From the human T2T-CHM13v2.0 reference genome, Homo sapiens: DNA of 64,000 nt. Below the pieces are notes generated by a model. That model had not been told where the DNA came from and ran no database searches. It saw only the letters and a program-made list of their open reading frames with translations. Position numbers and translations under genes: made by a program. Location: the NCBI RefSeq assembly GCF_009914755.1, contig NC_060946.1; one strand, written 5' to 3'. Positions 48,100 through 64,000 of the stretch are shown here, piece after piece. Each line of letters begins with the position of its first letter. Position 1 is the first letter of the stretch.

Positions 48100-48700
48100 T
48101 CAATGTGAAGAAGTCCAGGGACAGGGCAGCCTTTGGAAACTGGAGAAGAGGAAGAGCCAGAGAAGGAGAGTGGGTGGAAATGATCAATGGGAAGAAAACC
48201 AGGAAAATATGGTTTCCTGAAGCCAAAAGAAGGGAGTGCTTCTAGAATGACAGATAGCTACCAAGAGGTCAGTTAAGACAATAACACAAATATCCACTAG
48301 ATGTGACCATCTGGGAGTAATGTTTGTGGGAGAGTAGAAAAATGCCTGATTAGGGTGTATTCAAGAGCAAATGGGAGACAAGAAATTGGTGACAGTGAGC
48401 ATAGTAAACTCTTTCAAAGAGTTTAGCTGTAAAAGGGAGTAAAGAAAAGTGGGAGCAACGGGAAGGGATGTGGGGTCAAGGAAGGGTTTGGTTGAAGTTG
48501 GAAGACATTACAGCCTGTTTGCATTGTGTGCTCATGGGAAGGATCCAGAGCTTAGAAGAAAACCTGATGAAGCAGGAGAGAAGAGAGTGGCGACAGCGAT
48601 GTCCTTAAGAAGGAAGAGGTATCTAGTGCACAGGTGGAGAAGGTGGCCTTGGATAGGAGCAGGGATAGCCCATCCATTCTGTTACCAGGAAGGAAACAGA
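48100..48700 (-). mobile_element. L2 LINE remnant
   Basis: Purine-rich antisense L2 (tcagttaagacaataacacaaatatccactagatgtg, aactctttcaaagagtttagctgtaaaagg). Confidence 0.65.
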
Positions 48701-50027
48701 ATAAATGGACAGAGACGCAAGCTTCACACACGTGAGATGCTCAGCATATGTGAAAATTACACTATCCCACCCACCTGATCCCAGGTGGCTCAGCTGCTTC
48801 CCACCTGTCTCCTTGGCCCAGACCCACAGACCTGTGGCTGCCTGGCCTGATTCCTCTGTGCCTACCAGGCCTGCTTTTCTGCACTGCCCCCTCCTGGCTT
48901 TTCAAGAGCTGGCCTCCATTTTTAGCATGCCAGCAAGCAGCCTCCTGGACAGGCACTGACAGGCAGGAGAACATGGCCAGGCCCTTGGCAGTCATCATGG
49001 AGCTCCAAGAAGCTGGCAGCCTGGGCACTGGGCTGCCTGCACAGCCACACACAGTCAGGGACCTTTTGCCAAATGTTGGTGAAATGTCTCAATGGCAAAT
49101 TTAATTGTGCCCAAGTCTCCATTCTCGGCTTCCTCTCCTCTCTGCAACAAGCCCCTCTACTGCTGTGTCCCCAGAAATTAGAGGAGTGAGGCTGGGCAGG
49201 CATGTCTGCCAATGCCAGGAGCAGCTTTGATTGAAAAGGGAAATTGCAGGGCACTGAACATCGCAGGAATACTAGGAAGATGAGGCCAACATCTTCTGTG
49301 GAGTCTCAGGGTTGGGGCATCCACACGGGCACATCGAAGTGTACCACGCTGCACAATGGTAGAATGGCTGGCAGAGTGGTTCGGCACTTTCGGGGAAGCT
49401 CCAGGTGATTCCAGATGACAGGAGGTGACTCCCTGTCTTCCTCATAGGGAGCTGCCATAAACAACACACAGCTGGCAGGAGAGCCCAGATGGAGCGAGAG
49501 TTACAGGCCAAGCACCACATCTCCCCACCCACCCAGGGCACTGCTGACTCTGGGGCCAGCTCCGGGAGGACCATTCCCCAGCCCGGCGCAAGGCTCTGCT
49601 GAGGTCAACCTTACAGCAGTGAGCAAGAGCCGTGGTTAATTTGTCTGTAGATATTTCAAAATAGGGAATGATGGTGCTGAAGTCCCTGTTTTTAGTGAGT
49701 CTGGAAGAGCGTGGTTCCTGACTTATTTCTCATCGAAGTTCAAATGTATCTGTTTGTCTCCCTTTCTCTTTCTCTCCTCTTCTGCTCTCTCCCTAGGTGT
49801 CTTTCATTCTCATTCCCTCTTTAAACTTACCTCTCTTGTGCCTCATCAACCTTCCTCCTTTTACTATTTCTTTCTTCACTATCATGGTTGTGCTCCTAAA
49901 ATAATCAAGATAGGACAGTATATTCCTTAATATTTACTAATGAGCCTCTATTCCATGGCATGACCGTAAGGATCAATCATTGAACTAAAATCATTAGATA
50001 ATACTACATATAGAAAATAATACTATA

Positions 50028-51112
<1,085 letters not shown>

Positions 51113-52664
51113 CATATAAAATCTGCATCATAACCCCACAAGGCAAAATAACAATATTTATCATTATAATAATAACCTAACCTACATATTTACTGTGTTT
51201 CAGACACTTTTCAAAGCCCTTTCACGAGTATTAATATGTTTAATCCTCTCAATAACTCTAAATCCAGGTACTATTACTACCCCTATTTCACAAAAGCAAA
51301 ATATCGAGGCACAAGTAATTTGCCCAAAGTCACACCATTATGTATTTTGCAGAGTCAGAATTCAAATTCAAGTAGTCTAGATTCAAAGTCTGTGCCATTG
51401 AAACTCAAATTGAGTGACCTGTGTAAAGTCACACAGCCAAAAATGTGTAGGAACAGGATGCAAGCTCATGAATGTCTGATCCCAAATCCCAATTCTTCTC
51501 TCCCATCAGAACATATCGTCCCCACCTCTAACTTGGAATGCAAAAGAGATGGACATTTTACACATTATTCTCTAATTCCTTGTCAAACTTTCAATGTTTC
51601 TTTTATAACTGATGCTTGATGAATGATTTTCTCCCTGTGGATCCCAGATTGCCACTACAATTAAAAATTCCCGACTCTGTAGCCTACTTGAATTACCTCT
51701 CTTCAAAGGACCCATACAATGAAGTACACTTCCAACTAAAATCACCATGAACTGGCACTAATCTTTTTTTTCCCCTCTGAAGATTTATAAGTCCCAGTGG
51801 TTCACATGAATTAGATCACTTAACCAACATGTTTTGAGTATTCACTATGTGTCAGAAGATGAAGTGTTTCCTAGCCCTCAAAAAGCTCATGGTCTGGTAG
51901 GACAGAGAAGGCAAGTCCATTAATTCAAAGTCAAGGTAAGAAAGTGATATGAGCCCAAAAGTGGAACAGATATTACAATGAGAGCTTGAAGAGCTAAAAG
52001 GGTCTTGGAAGACTTTCTAGGGGAGGAGGCAAGATAGCTGGGGAATCTATAAGAATACACGGACTGGATTTGGAAGGTAACAGTCTTGCAGGGTCTCAAC
52101 ACCACCACTGGAAGCCCTGCAGATACAAGGACACAGAAGGTTGTAAACATTGGACATACTTTACATCATGCTCTGAGAGTTGGATTTTTATTATTGTTAG
52201 CCCCTCTATCACCATCTTACCCACATCACTTTATATAAGCTAATTTGTCTCTTTTTTTCAGAAAAGAGAAGCAAAAAAAAAAAAAATCTACATTTTGTTG
52301 TTGTTCTTCTTTGTGTGTTTGGGTTTTTTTTTTTTTTTAAGCTTCCTGGTTGTCTCAATATCAGAAAAACAAAACTAGTCTTCTTCAAACACCATTTTTA
52401 TCAAGCCTCTTCTAGGCTTAAAACTCTCAGCACCTCCTCACCCCACTTGCCTGCAGGATCTTGTCCAAACACATCAGCTTGGCATTGAGGTCTTCCATGA
52501 TCCATGTTCCATGGATCCAGTTCCAAATGACTGCTCTGGCCTTATCTCCTGCTATTTCTGCACATGCATTTCCTCTAGGTATACTGTGGAAGTAACCTAC
52601 TCGCTGAAAAAGAATACAGAATGTGCTGAAGTTTGATTAAGAAGGAGAGTTTAAAAGTGTTGCT

Positions 52665-53220
52665 GGATCTAGAACCAGAAATACCATTTGACCCAGCAAT
52701 CCAATTACTGGGTATATACCCAAAGGATTATATATCATTCTACGATAAAGACACATGCACACGTATGTTTACTGCGGCACTATTCACAATAGCAAAGACT
52801 TGGAACCAACCCAAATCCCCATCAATGATAGAGTGGATAAAGAAAATGTGGCACATATATACCACGGAATACTATGCAGCCATAAAAAAGGATGAGTTCA
52901 TGTCTTTTGCAGAGACATGGATGAAGCTGGAAACCATCATTCTCAGCAAACTAGCACAGGAACAGAAAACCAAACTCCGCATGTTCTCACTCATAAGTGG
53001 GAGTTGAACAATGAGAACACTTGGACACAGGGAGGGGAACCTCACATACCAGGGCCTATCAGAGGGTAGGGTGCTAGGGGAGGGATAGCATTAGGAAAAA
53101 TACCTAATGTAGATGACAGGTTGATGGGTGCAGCAAACCACCATGGCACGTGTATACCTAGGTAACAAAACAGCACGCTCTGCACATGTATCCCAAAACT
53201 TAAAGTATAATAAAAAAAAA
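52665..53220 (+). mobile_element. 5'-truncated L1PA7-like 3' end
   Basis: ORF2 C-terminus (DLEPEIPFDPAI...MFSLISGS*), 3'UTR and A tail. Confidence 0.93.
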
Positions 53221-53263
53221 GTTTAATGATAATAACAATAATAATAGTCATCATTACAGATGA

Positions 53264-53945
<682 letters not shown>

Positions 53946-54759
53946 CACCATCACTGAATTTAACTACTTTCTTAAACTTCATTTTGCTTGGGGGCAAAAA
54001 CTGAACTTCACTCAGTTTCTGATCTACTTCCCTACTAAGGATTATCTAAATTCTCAAAAATTTAGTAATGTCAAAGTACAGAGTATAGAGAGCAGAATCT
54101 GATCCTCAGTCATTACCTTCTGGCCACTTGACATCTTCAAAGAGTCTGTACTACTGTGTGTCTTTGTCCCAACAGCAAAGCCTCCAAGCTTTGTCACAGC
54201 TAACTTCCACTCAGGTCCTTCATCAAGCTTTCTGAGGATGACTAAGGCTTTTCTTGACATCAGTGCTACAACTGGGTTCCAAAAAAAAAAGTCATTCCTC
54301 CGCTTTCCAGGAATTTTATGAGGCTCATGCAGTAATCTCTGTCTGGACACCTGAAATCAGTTCTATTCAATTCCTCAGACCAAAATAGGGCAGAGGAGAA
54401 TTATGGATCTTGCCACGTTCTAAAGCCTTATGCAGGAAAAAGGGCACATGTTTCCTCTACTATGAGGCACCGCTAATTGGGAAATTCTGTTGTCACCACT
54501 ATTTCCCTTTTATTCTTCCCTAGAAAGAAAGTACAGGTAGAGGTCTTTCTAGGGACTAGACGTCTAAACCCCAATCTTCACTGACTAGTCTCTCTTTCTT
54601 AATTCCAGAAGATTTGTATCTCTGCCATAGTTGGAAAAGTTTTAAATCATAATGCATTTTTTTCAATATATTGAGAAGAGTGGAAAATTTATGTGATGAT
54701 TGGTGAGTTAATCAAAGTTTAAATTTTTTAAATTTCGTTTTAAACTTCATCTCCATATG

Positions 54760-55650
54760 AAATTCAAAAGTTTATTATAGGCCACAGATCCAAGAAAAAC
54801 AGTGAATTCTAATCAGAATAAATACAAACAAATCTTCAGTGGAGCACATTATGGTCAAACTGCTGAAAGGATAAAGACGATATCTTTAAAATTTGATAGA
54901 GTATAAAAATATCAGTATCTTAAAGAGAGAAAAATGTCACATCATATATAGACAATTCATAAGAATGACAGCTAATGTCGCAGTGGAAACCAAGGTAGCC
55001 AGAAAACAGTGGAACTGCATTTTTATAGTGCTGGAAGGAAAAAAAAACTGTCAACCAAGTCAATCAAGATGTCTGTATCTAATGAAAATACCCTTCAAAA
55101 ACAAAAGTGAAATGAAAACATTTTTAGACAAGCAAAAAACTAAGAGTATTTGTCTCCAGCAGACTTGCACTATAAGTAATGCTGAAACAAGTTCTTCAAG
55201 CTGAAAGGCAAATGAAATCAGATGTGGAAAGGAATAGAGACATAAGAATAATAAACATCAAGGTAAATATTTATGTGTTATTTTAATTATATTTGTTTTA
55301 CATATTATATATTTTAAATTATTTTAAAAGACTGTTTAAGGCACAATAACTATTTATTGTGGGATTTAGAATATACAGAGAGGAAAAATATATAACAAGA
55401 GCACAAAAGGCAAGAAAGGGATAAAAATAATTGTATTGTTTTAAGGTTCTTACATTGTTTTTCAAACAGTATAATATCCTCTGAAGGTACAGTGATGAGT
55501 TAAAGATACATATTATAATCTCTAGAACAATCCCCCCAACAAAAAACTATTATATCTAAAAAGTTAATATGGGAAATTAAATTGAATAACAAAAATTACT
55601 CATTTCATCCAATAAAACTCAAAAAGGAAGAAGCAGAGAAATAAAGAATA
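54760..55650 (+). mobile_element. Ancient L1M ORF1/inter-ORF remnant
   Basis: Degenerate ORF1 C-terminal peptide (...ARKQWNCIFIVLEGKKNCQP...KIPFKNKSEMKTFLDKQK). Confidence 0.7.
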
Positions 55651-55654
55651 GATA

Positions 55655-58553
55655 ACTCACCAGGCAGATCCTCCAGGCCTCAGCCTCCAGCCACCTCCTC
55701 CCCAGCCCCCCGCAGAGCTATCAAACCAGTAGCAACTCAACAACTTCCTGGACAGAGCCTCCAGGGGCAAGTGAAAGCCTCTCCACCACTGCCTCTGCAG
55801 TGGAACTGCCCTTGCTACCCTTGGACTAATGAAGGAGCAAACACCCTAAGTGCTTTATCCACACCTCCAACCAGCTGCAATCGACCCAAGGAGAGGAGGC
55901 CAGTCCACTTCCCATGAGTACCGCACATCCCCAACTGCTCATCACCACACAGGGAACCCCTGGCTTGGGTCCACAGCACAGACCCTCCATCCAGGGTTGA
56001 CTGCACTGATGATTACTGAACAGCATCTCTCTGAGGAGGAGCCCCCAGGAGACAAGCAAATGACTTTTGGCCACAAGTACTACTAAGATCCCTTCCTCTG
56101 CTGCCTCCAAGTTGGGGAAGAAACATAAACACTGAGATCACCCCAGAGCTGCAGCAGGCAGCCCAGGAGTGCCAAGTCACAACCTACAGCCAGCACTCAA
56201 GGGAGAGAGAAACCCACACCTTCAGAGCATTGAGAGGGAAAATGACTGCAACTGCAAGGAAACACAGGGGAGCTACATAATTGAGTGAGAGTTTACCAAC
56301 TGACCAATAAGCTTAAGTGTCACCTGCTGAACCACACCCCAAAGCTTCCACACCAAAAATACCTCACTATCAGACACCCCTGAAACCAGAGGCAAGAAGA
56401 CGGCTTCAAATAAAGATCCTGCACAAAACCTCAGCCCAGTGAAAACATCCAGAAAAGAAGTCTATTGACTGTACTCAATCTACACTGCAGTTAAAGGAAC
56501 ACCCACACGCAGAGGTGAAAATGAACCAATGCAAGAACTCCAGTAATTCAAATGACCAGAGTGTTGTATGTCCTCCGAATGGCTGCACCAGTTCTCCAAC
56601 AAGAGTTCTTAACCAGACCGAACTGACTAGAATTACAGAAGAATTCAGAATATGGATAGGAACAAAGATCATCAAGATTCAGGATGGCAAAACTCAATCC
56701 AAGATAAGAATCACAATAAAGTGAAACAGGAGCTGAAGGACGAAATAATCAATATAAAAAAGAACCTAACAGGTCTGACAGAGCTCAATAACATAATACA
56801 AGAATTTCACAATGCAATCACAAGTATTAACAGCAGAATAAACCAAGCTGAGGAAAGAATCTCAGAACTTGAAGGCTGGTTCTCTGAAATAAGACAGTCA
56901 GACAAAAATAAAGTATACGGAATAAAAAGAAATGAACAAAATCTCTGAGAAGTATGGGATTACGTAAAGAGGCCAAATCCATGAATCGTAAGCAATGCTG
57001 AAAGGGTGGAGGAGAAAGCAAACAACTTGGAAAACATATTTCAGGATATCTTCCATGAAAACTTTCCCAACCTTGCTAGAGGGGCTAACAGTCAAATTCA
57101 GGAAATATAGAGAGCTACTGCAAGATTCTACACAAGAAAATCATCCCCAAGACACATAATTGTCAGATTTGTCAAGGCCAGAATGAAAGAAAGAATGTTA
57201 AAGGCAGCTAGAGAGAAAGGGGGCAGGTCACCTGCAAAGGGAATGCCATCAGGCTAACAGCAAGACCTCTCAGCTGAAACCTTATAAGCCAGAAGAGATT
57301 GAGGGCCTATATTCAACATTCTTAAAGAAAAAAAATCTTCAACCAAGAATTTCATATTTAGCCAAACTAAGCTTCCTAAGTGAAGGACAGATAAGATCCT
57401 TTTCAGATAAGCAAATGTTAAGAGAATTCATTAACACAAGACCTGCCTTACAGGAGATCTTGAAAGGAGCATGAAATACAGAGGAAAGACTGCTACCAAC
57501 TAACACAACACTCTTAAACACACAGACTAGTGTCACTTTAAAGCAACCACACAAACAAGCCAACATAATAACCAGCTAACAGCACAATGACAGGATCAAA
57601 TCCACAAATATCAATATTAAACTTGAATATAAACAAGCTAAATGCCCCACTTAAAAGGCACAGAGTGTCAAGCTGTATAAAACAGCAAGACCCAATGGTA
57701 TGCTGTCTTCAAAAGACCCATCTCGCATGTAATGACACTCATGAGCTCAAAATAAAGGGATGGAGGAAAATCTACCAAACAAATGAAAACAGAAAAAAGC
57801 AGGGGTTACAATCCTAATTTCAGGCAAAACAGATTTTAACCAACAAAGATCAAAAAAGACCAAGGAGGGCATTACAGAATGCCAAAGGGTTCAATTCAAC
57901 AAGGAGATCCAACTATTCTAAATATATATGCATCCAACACAGGACCACCCAGATTCATAAAGCAAGTTCTTAGAGACCTATGAAGAGACATAGATTCTCA
58001 CACAATAGTAGTGGGAGACTTCAGCACTCCACTGACAGTATTAGACAGATCATCAATCAAGGCAGAAAATTAACAAAGATATTAAGGACCTAACAACAAT
58101 GTATACATTCTTCTCATCACTACATGCCACATACTCTAAAATTTACCAAATAATTAGACATAAAACAATCTTCACCAACCGTAAAAGAACAAAAATCATA
58201 CCAAACAAACTCTCGGAGCACAGCACAATAAAAATAGAAGTCAAAACTATGAAAATCGCTCAAAACCATGTGATTACATGGAAATTAAACAGCATACTCC
58301 TGAATGACTTTTGGGTAAATATTGAAATTAAGGCAAAATCAAAAAGCTCTTTGAAAATAATGAGAACAAAGATACAACATATTAGAATCTCTGGGACACA
58401 GCTAAGGCAATATTAAGAGGGAAATTCACAGCACTAAATGCCCACATCAAAAAGTTAGAAAGATCTCAAAATTACAACCTAAATTCACAACCGAAAGAAT
58501 TAGAGAAGCAAGAATAAATCAACCCCAAAGCTTGCAGAAGACAAGAAATAACA
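55655..58553 (+). mobile_element. Old primate L1 (L1PA13-16/L1PB-like): 5'UTR part, ORF1 and ORF2 endonuclease region; 3'-truncated
   Basis: ORF1-like peptides (NQCKNS, INSRINQAEERISELE, KRNEQNL); ORF2 start MTGSNPQISILNLNIN at 57587; ends at agaaataacaa. Confidence 0.85.
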
Positions 58554-59664
58554 ATTCAGAAATGAACAAATGCGGAGAATCATGAAGAAACTATATTTAA
58601 AGAAATAAAAACAAAATGATTAAGATTATACCAGCACTGATAAAAGACATAAAACCAAAGATTCAAAGAAACAAAGAAAGCCTTAACCAGGATAAATTTA
58701 AAGAAATCAATATCTTCATACATCAGAGGCAAACTTCAAAATGCCAAAGACCCTAGAATGTAGGTTCCATGATGGGAGGGGGTACCTAGCGCATGATAAC
58801 CATCAACAAATACTTGTGCAATTAGTGAATTAAGTAGGAAATCTTAATTCAGAGAAAAGGGATATATGATATTACCTACAAAGGAGCAATTAAACTGACA
58901 ACTGACTTTGTAGCAACTATGAAAGCCACAAGAAAATAGATTAATATTTTCAAAGTGTTGAAAGTAACTACCAGATTAGAATTCTGTATCAAGAAGAAAA
59001 CTATATTTCAATCAACAAATGTGAAATAAAGGCATTTGTAGAGAGAAAAAAGACAGAGAATAGTCTATTAACAAACAAGGACATGTTTCACAAGGAAGGA
59101 AAATGATCTCAGAAGGTTTCAGATACAAAAAGGAATAGAAACAAATAAATGGTAAATATATGGGGAAATCTAAACAAACATTGATTTTATAAGACACAAT
59201 GACATGCAATATGTGAAGTTACGAAATCAAGAAAGAATTAAAATACAAAACAATAACAAACAAGTCAGGAGGCAGGTAATCATAAAGTATTCTAAGGCTC
59301 TTGCTTTGTTCAGGAGAAAAATAAAATTGTTAATTAACTTTAGAATGTTGATATACATAATATATAAACTTACATACATTATATATTATATACTTATATG
59401 TGTACAATTATATGACAGTATATACTATTACATATATTTATACAATTATGTGTTGTAATATAATAATGCACATATATTTCTAGAGAAACCAGAAAAATAG
59501 AAAATAAGTTTAGTATAAATTCTAAACAAGTGGAGAAAAAAGTGAAATAAGGAGAAAAATATCTTAAGGCAAAAGAAAACAGAAACTAAAAGAAAAAGCC
59601 TAGAAAATGTGGGTCACAGAAAAGTTAAAATCAGCAGAAATGAATCTAAATAAATTAAAAACCA

Positions 59665-59958
<294 letters not shown>

Positions 59959-60042
59959 ATTAAAAATCAAAATCAATGTAAATGGGCTAAACTCTCCAAT
60001 TAAAAGACAGAGACTATAACACTGTATTAAGAACTCAATCAT

Positions 60043-60383
<341 letters not shown>

Positions 60384-62372
60384 CCTCAATTATATGCTAT
60401 TTATGAGGTTAAAAAAAGGTTGAAAATAAAACAATGAAAAAACTAGACAAATCCCAACAAAGAGACAGCTGTCAGACTGAGAAATATTAAGGCAAAAAAA
60501 ATGCTATCAGGAAGATACAACAATTCTAAACTTGTATGCAACTAATAACATGCATTCAAATACATAAAGCAAAATTTAACTATTAACCTAATATTCCCCA
60601 AAACACATCAGTTAATATGCCAAACATGAAAGAATACAGTACCACTTATTGAGCACTTATTGTGGGTGCTCATTTCCAAAAATAATTTTGCTTAATCCTT
60701 ATATCAAGCAGGTACCATAATTATTTCCATTTTACACATAAAGAAATCAAGGATTAGAGAACTTAAAGAATGTTCTCAATATCACATAGCTAGTAATGGT
60801 AGAACTGGTATTCTAACTTTAATCTATCTAGCCTTATAACTCAGAACCTTAAAGTGGGTAGAACACAGAAATATAAGGTTAGCACAATACTGCTAAATAA
60901 AACTTGCAGATAGCATTGGGGAATTTGTTATAAATAGGTGATTTTCAGCCAACAGAATGAAATTCTGGAAAAATGTCTTCTCCATATACAGGAGACTGTC
61001 CAGAACAAAGAAGAGATGAGGCAGGAACACGGTCCAAGGCAGAAGAATTGGTGCCATAATAGGGTACAGAGTAGGTTCACAGGGACTCATAAGAACCAGA
61101 ACTGGACATCTCAGTGGAGCTAAATCAGCAGCCAGAGTATGCTGGTGTCAAGCTCAAGGTTATGGGGTTATAGCTGGACCAAAGTCCTGTTTCTCCAGTG
61201 TAAGATGGGCCTGCTGAGTGGAAGATAAGACTGAGCCTAAGATGGGATCAAATGGTTCCAACTGTGAGAAAGAAATATTAAACAGGGGCTTGTACTGAGA
61301 CTGATCTCAACAATGCATAGAATAGTACTCTATAAATGTTTGCAGAAGTGAGTTAAATGCAAGAGAAACCCTGTGATTCTATCAATGTCAAAATCTTTAC
61401 AAATTTTTTCGCCAGGATGTGTGTGCCTCTTGTGTCCCCCTTGCTAAAGGTACAACTTGGGTCATAAAGTAAATAGCTTCCATCATAGAAAAGTCTCCCT
61501 GAAATGATGCCATGATGGTGTTACATGGTTGGGCTCATTAATGAAAAGTAGCAATTTCACACAGAGCCAGCATGGGTGATTTCCAGTCGTGGAACAACTT
61601 GGCCTTAGCAGAGTCATCAAAACTCTCCGGGGTCATTGAACTCAAGAATCCATTGAGACACGGTTTAGCTCAGAAAGCCACTTAACACGCTTGGAAGATC
61701 GTGGGTCTAAGTCCCTGCATAAAAATAATACTTACAAGGGGTGTCTGAAATTATGCTCTAAAACCAATTCACCACATAATAAATAGGTCTCATAAACAAA
61801 CATATGACCTGGCCCCTACAACTTCTCTGATCCCATCTTCTACCACCCTTTCATGTTCTCATTCCCTCCAACTCATTGCACTACTTTCAGTTCATTGACC
61901 CTGCCAAAAACTCATGCGCCTCGGGTTCTTTTCATGTGCTATTTCCTCTCCTTGGGATGTCCTTCCAGACGGCCTCATGGCTCACTCCATTCCTTCAAGC
62001 CTTTGTCCAGTGTCTCCTCATCAGCAAGGCCTTCCCCGACAGCCCTGAATAAAATAGCAACCCCATCCATGCCATCTGCATCCTGACCTTTTCCATTCCT
62101 TTCTCCTGCTGTATGTTTCTTTACAACACCTACCACCATCTACAGGACTGCTAAATAGGGGAGTGTGGATTGGGTCTGGGGTAGGGGAAGAGTGACAGGA
62201 CGAAGTTTTCTTTTACACTCACCAAGTGCCCACAAACTGTGAACCAGCCATGTTTGCCATCAGGGAGGCCAAGTCTCTAATTTACACAAAAACAACAAAT
62301 GGGCTGTCAGATATACCCTGACCATCTACTACATTATATGTATCCTTGTCTGTCTGTTTTTATCTGTCTCCC

Positions 62373-63240
<868 letters not shown>

Positions 63241-63309
63241 CACCCCCAACTAGGGTGTCTGCTTCGTGAGGTCAGAGGCACACTCTGCTTTGCTCACTGC
63301 TGTCTCCTT

Positions 63310-63745
63310 CTATTAGACACCTCTTCTGCAGCCGGACACTTGGTCTGCTCCACTTGCTGTAGCAACCAGCTGTGTATGGCTTCTGCCTGGCTCCACGTGG
63401 CACAATCCAGCAGTCCTCCTCTGACAGCCACACCTGTATGACAGCAGACTCTGTGAGACCCTCTTGGTGCCCACACTGCCCAGAAGTACAGGAAAGTTGC
63501 ACTTGGTGCAAGCCTTTGACCAACAGGAGATGGGAACCAGCCATGAGGGCTTCCTCTGTTCTCTCCCAAGTGGACTTTTTTCAGTCACATCTTTCCTACT
63601 TCTCCAGTGACAGCCTCATGAGACTGAGCAATCCATTGCACTTGATAACAAGCAGCGGCCATGCCCGTGACCCTAGGTAACACTCCCTAATAAAGTCATA
63701 GCACATGCGCTTTTGCCTCAGACTCCGCTTTCTAGGGATAGCATA
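63310..63745 (+). mobile_element. LTR16-like ERVL LTR remnant
   Basis: tttgaccaacaggagatggga; cactccctaataaa...gcctcagactccgctttctaggga 3' end. Confidence 0.5.
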
Positions 63746-64000
63746 CTGAACCCAGAACAATGCCTGTCCCATCAGTGGGACTGAAGGAGTAGCTGTTGAA
63801 AGAATGAATACCTTAATTTAATGAATTCCTGGATCAGGAAAAGGGTTCTTTCTGGTAGCCTCTAGGTATTTCCTGTTCTGAAGCAGTCTCCAGGTTGGGA
63901 TGGGGTGGGACCAACAGAGGAACAGATATTTGTTTGCTATATCCTACTTCATACCAAATAAAGGAACCAAGGTGGCTTACAGAGATGAATATAGTAAAAC

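Noticed and set aside
52665-53220. L1 3' end as the missing tail of the 36461-40812 L1
   Set aside because: It looks like a different subfamily, has no matching TSD, and the 12 kb in between contains much older repeats.

Overview
Primate (human-like) non-coding DNA, rich in repeats. I found no intact protein-coding gene, RNA gene or CRISPR array; the ORF track is explained by Alu, L1, L2 and LTR sequence or by chance. The window holds about 25 Alu/FLAM copies (many with readable target-site duplications, TSDs), a 5'-intact but 3'-truncated L1PA5-like element fused to a partial Alu, older L1 fragments, ERV1/ERVL/MaLR solo LTRs, DNA-transposon fossils, MIR/L2 and microsatellites. Less obvious content: (1) a ~2.3 kb rearranged block at 19.2-21.5 kb, where an LTR33-like element is split into three pieces on two strands, bracketed by a 193-bp ~96%-identical inverted repeat and containing an older ~84%-identical duplicate, making it a candidate small and possibly recurrent inversion; (2) a BEX3 (NGFRAP1) processed pseudogene split by an L1 that itself carries an Alu; (3) a repeat-free cluster of PBX-HOX/MEIS/GATA motifs at ~45.4-45.6 kb; (4) an LTR9-like solo LTR with three perfect octamer motifs; (5) a candidate minus-strand promoter/non-coding first exon at ~4.2-4.9 kb; (6) several small mutational scars. 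Repeat subfamily names come from recalled consensus sequences and need RepeatMasker/Dfam confirmation. Identities were counted by eye.
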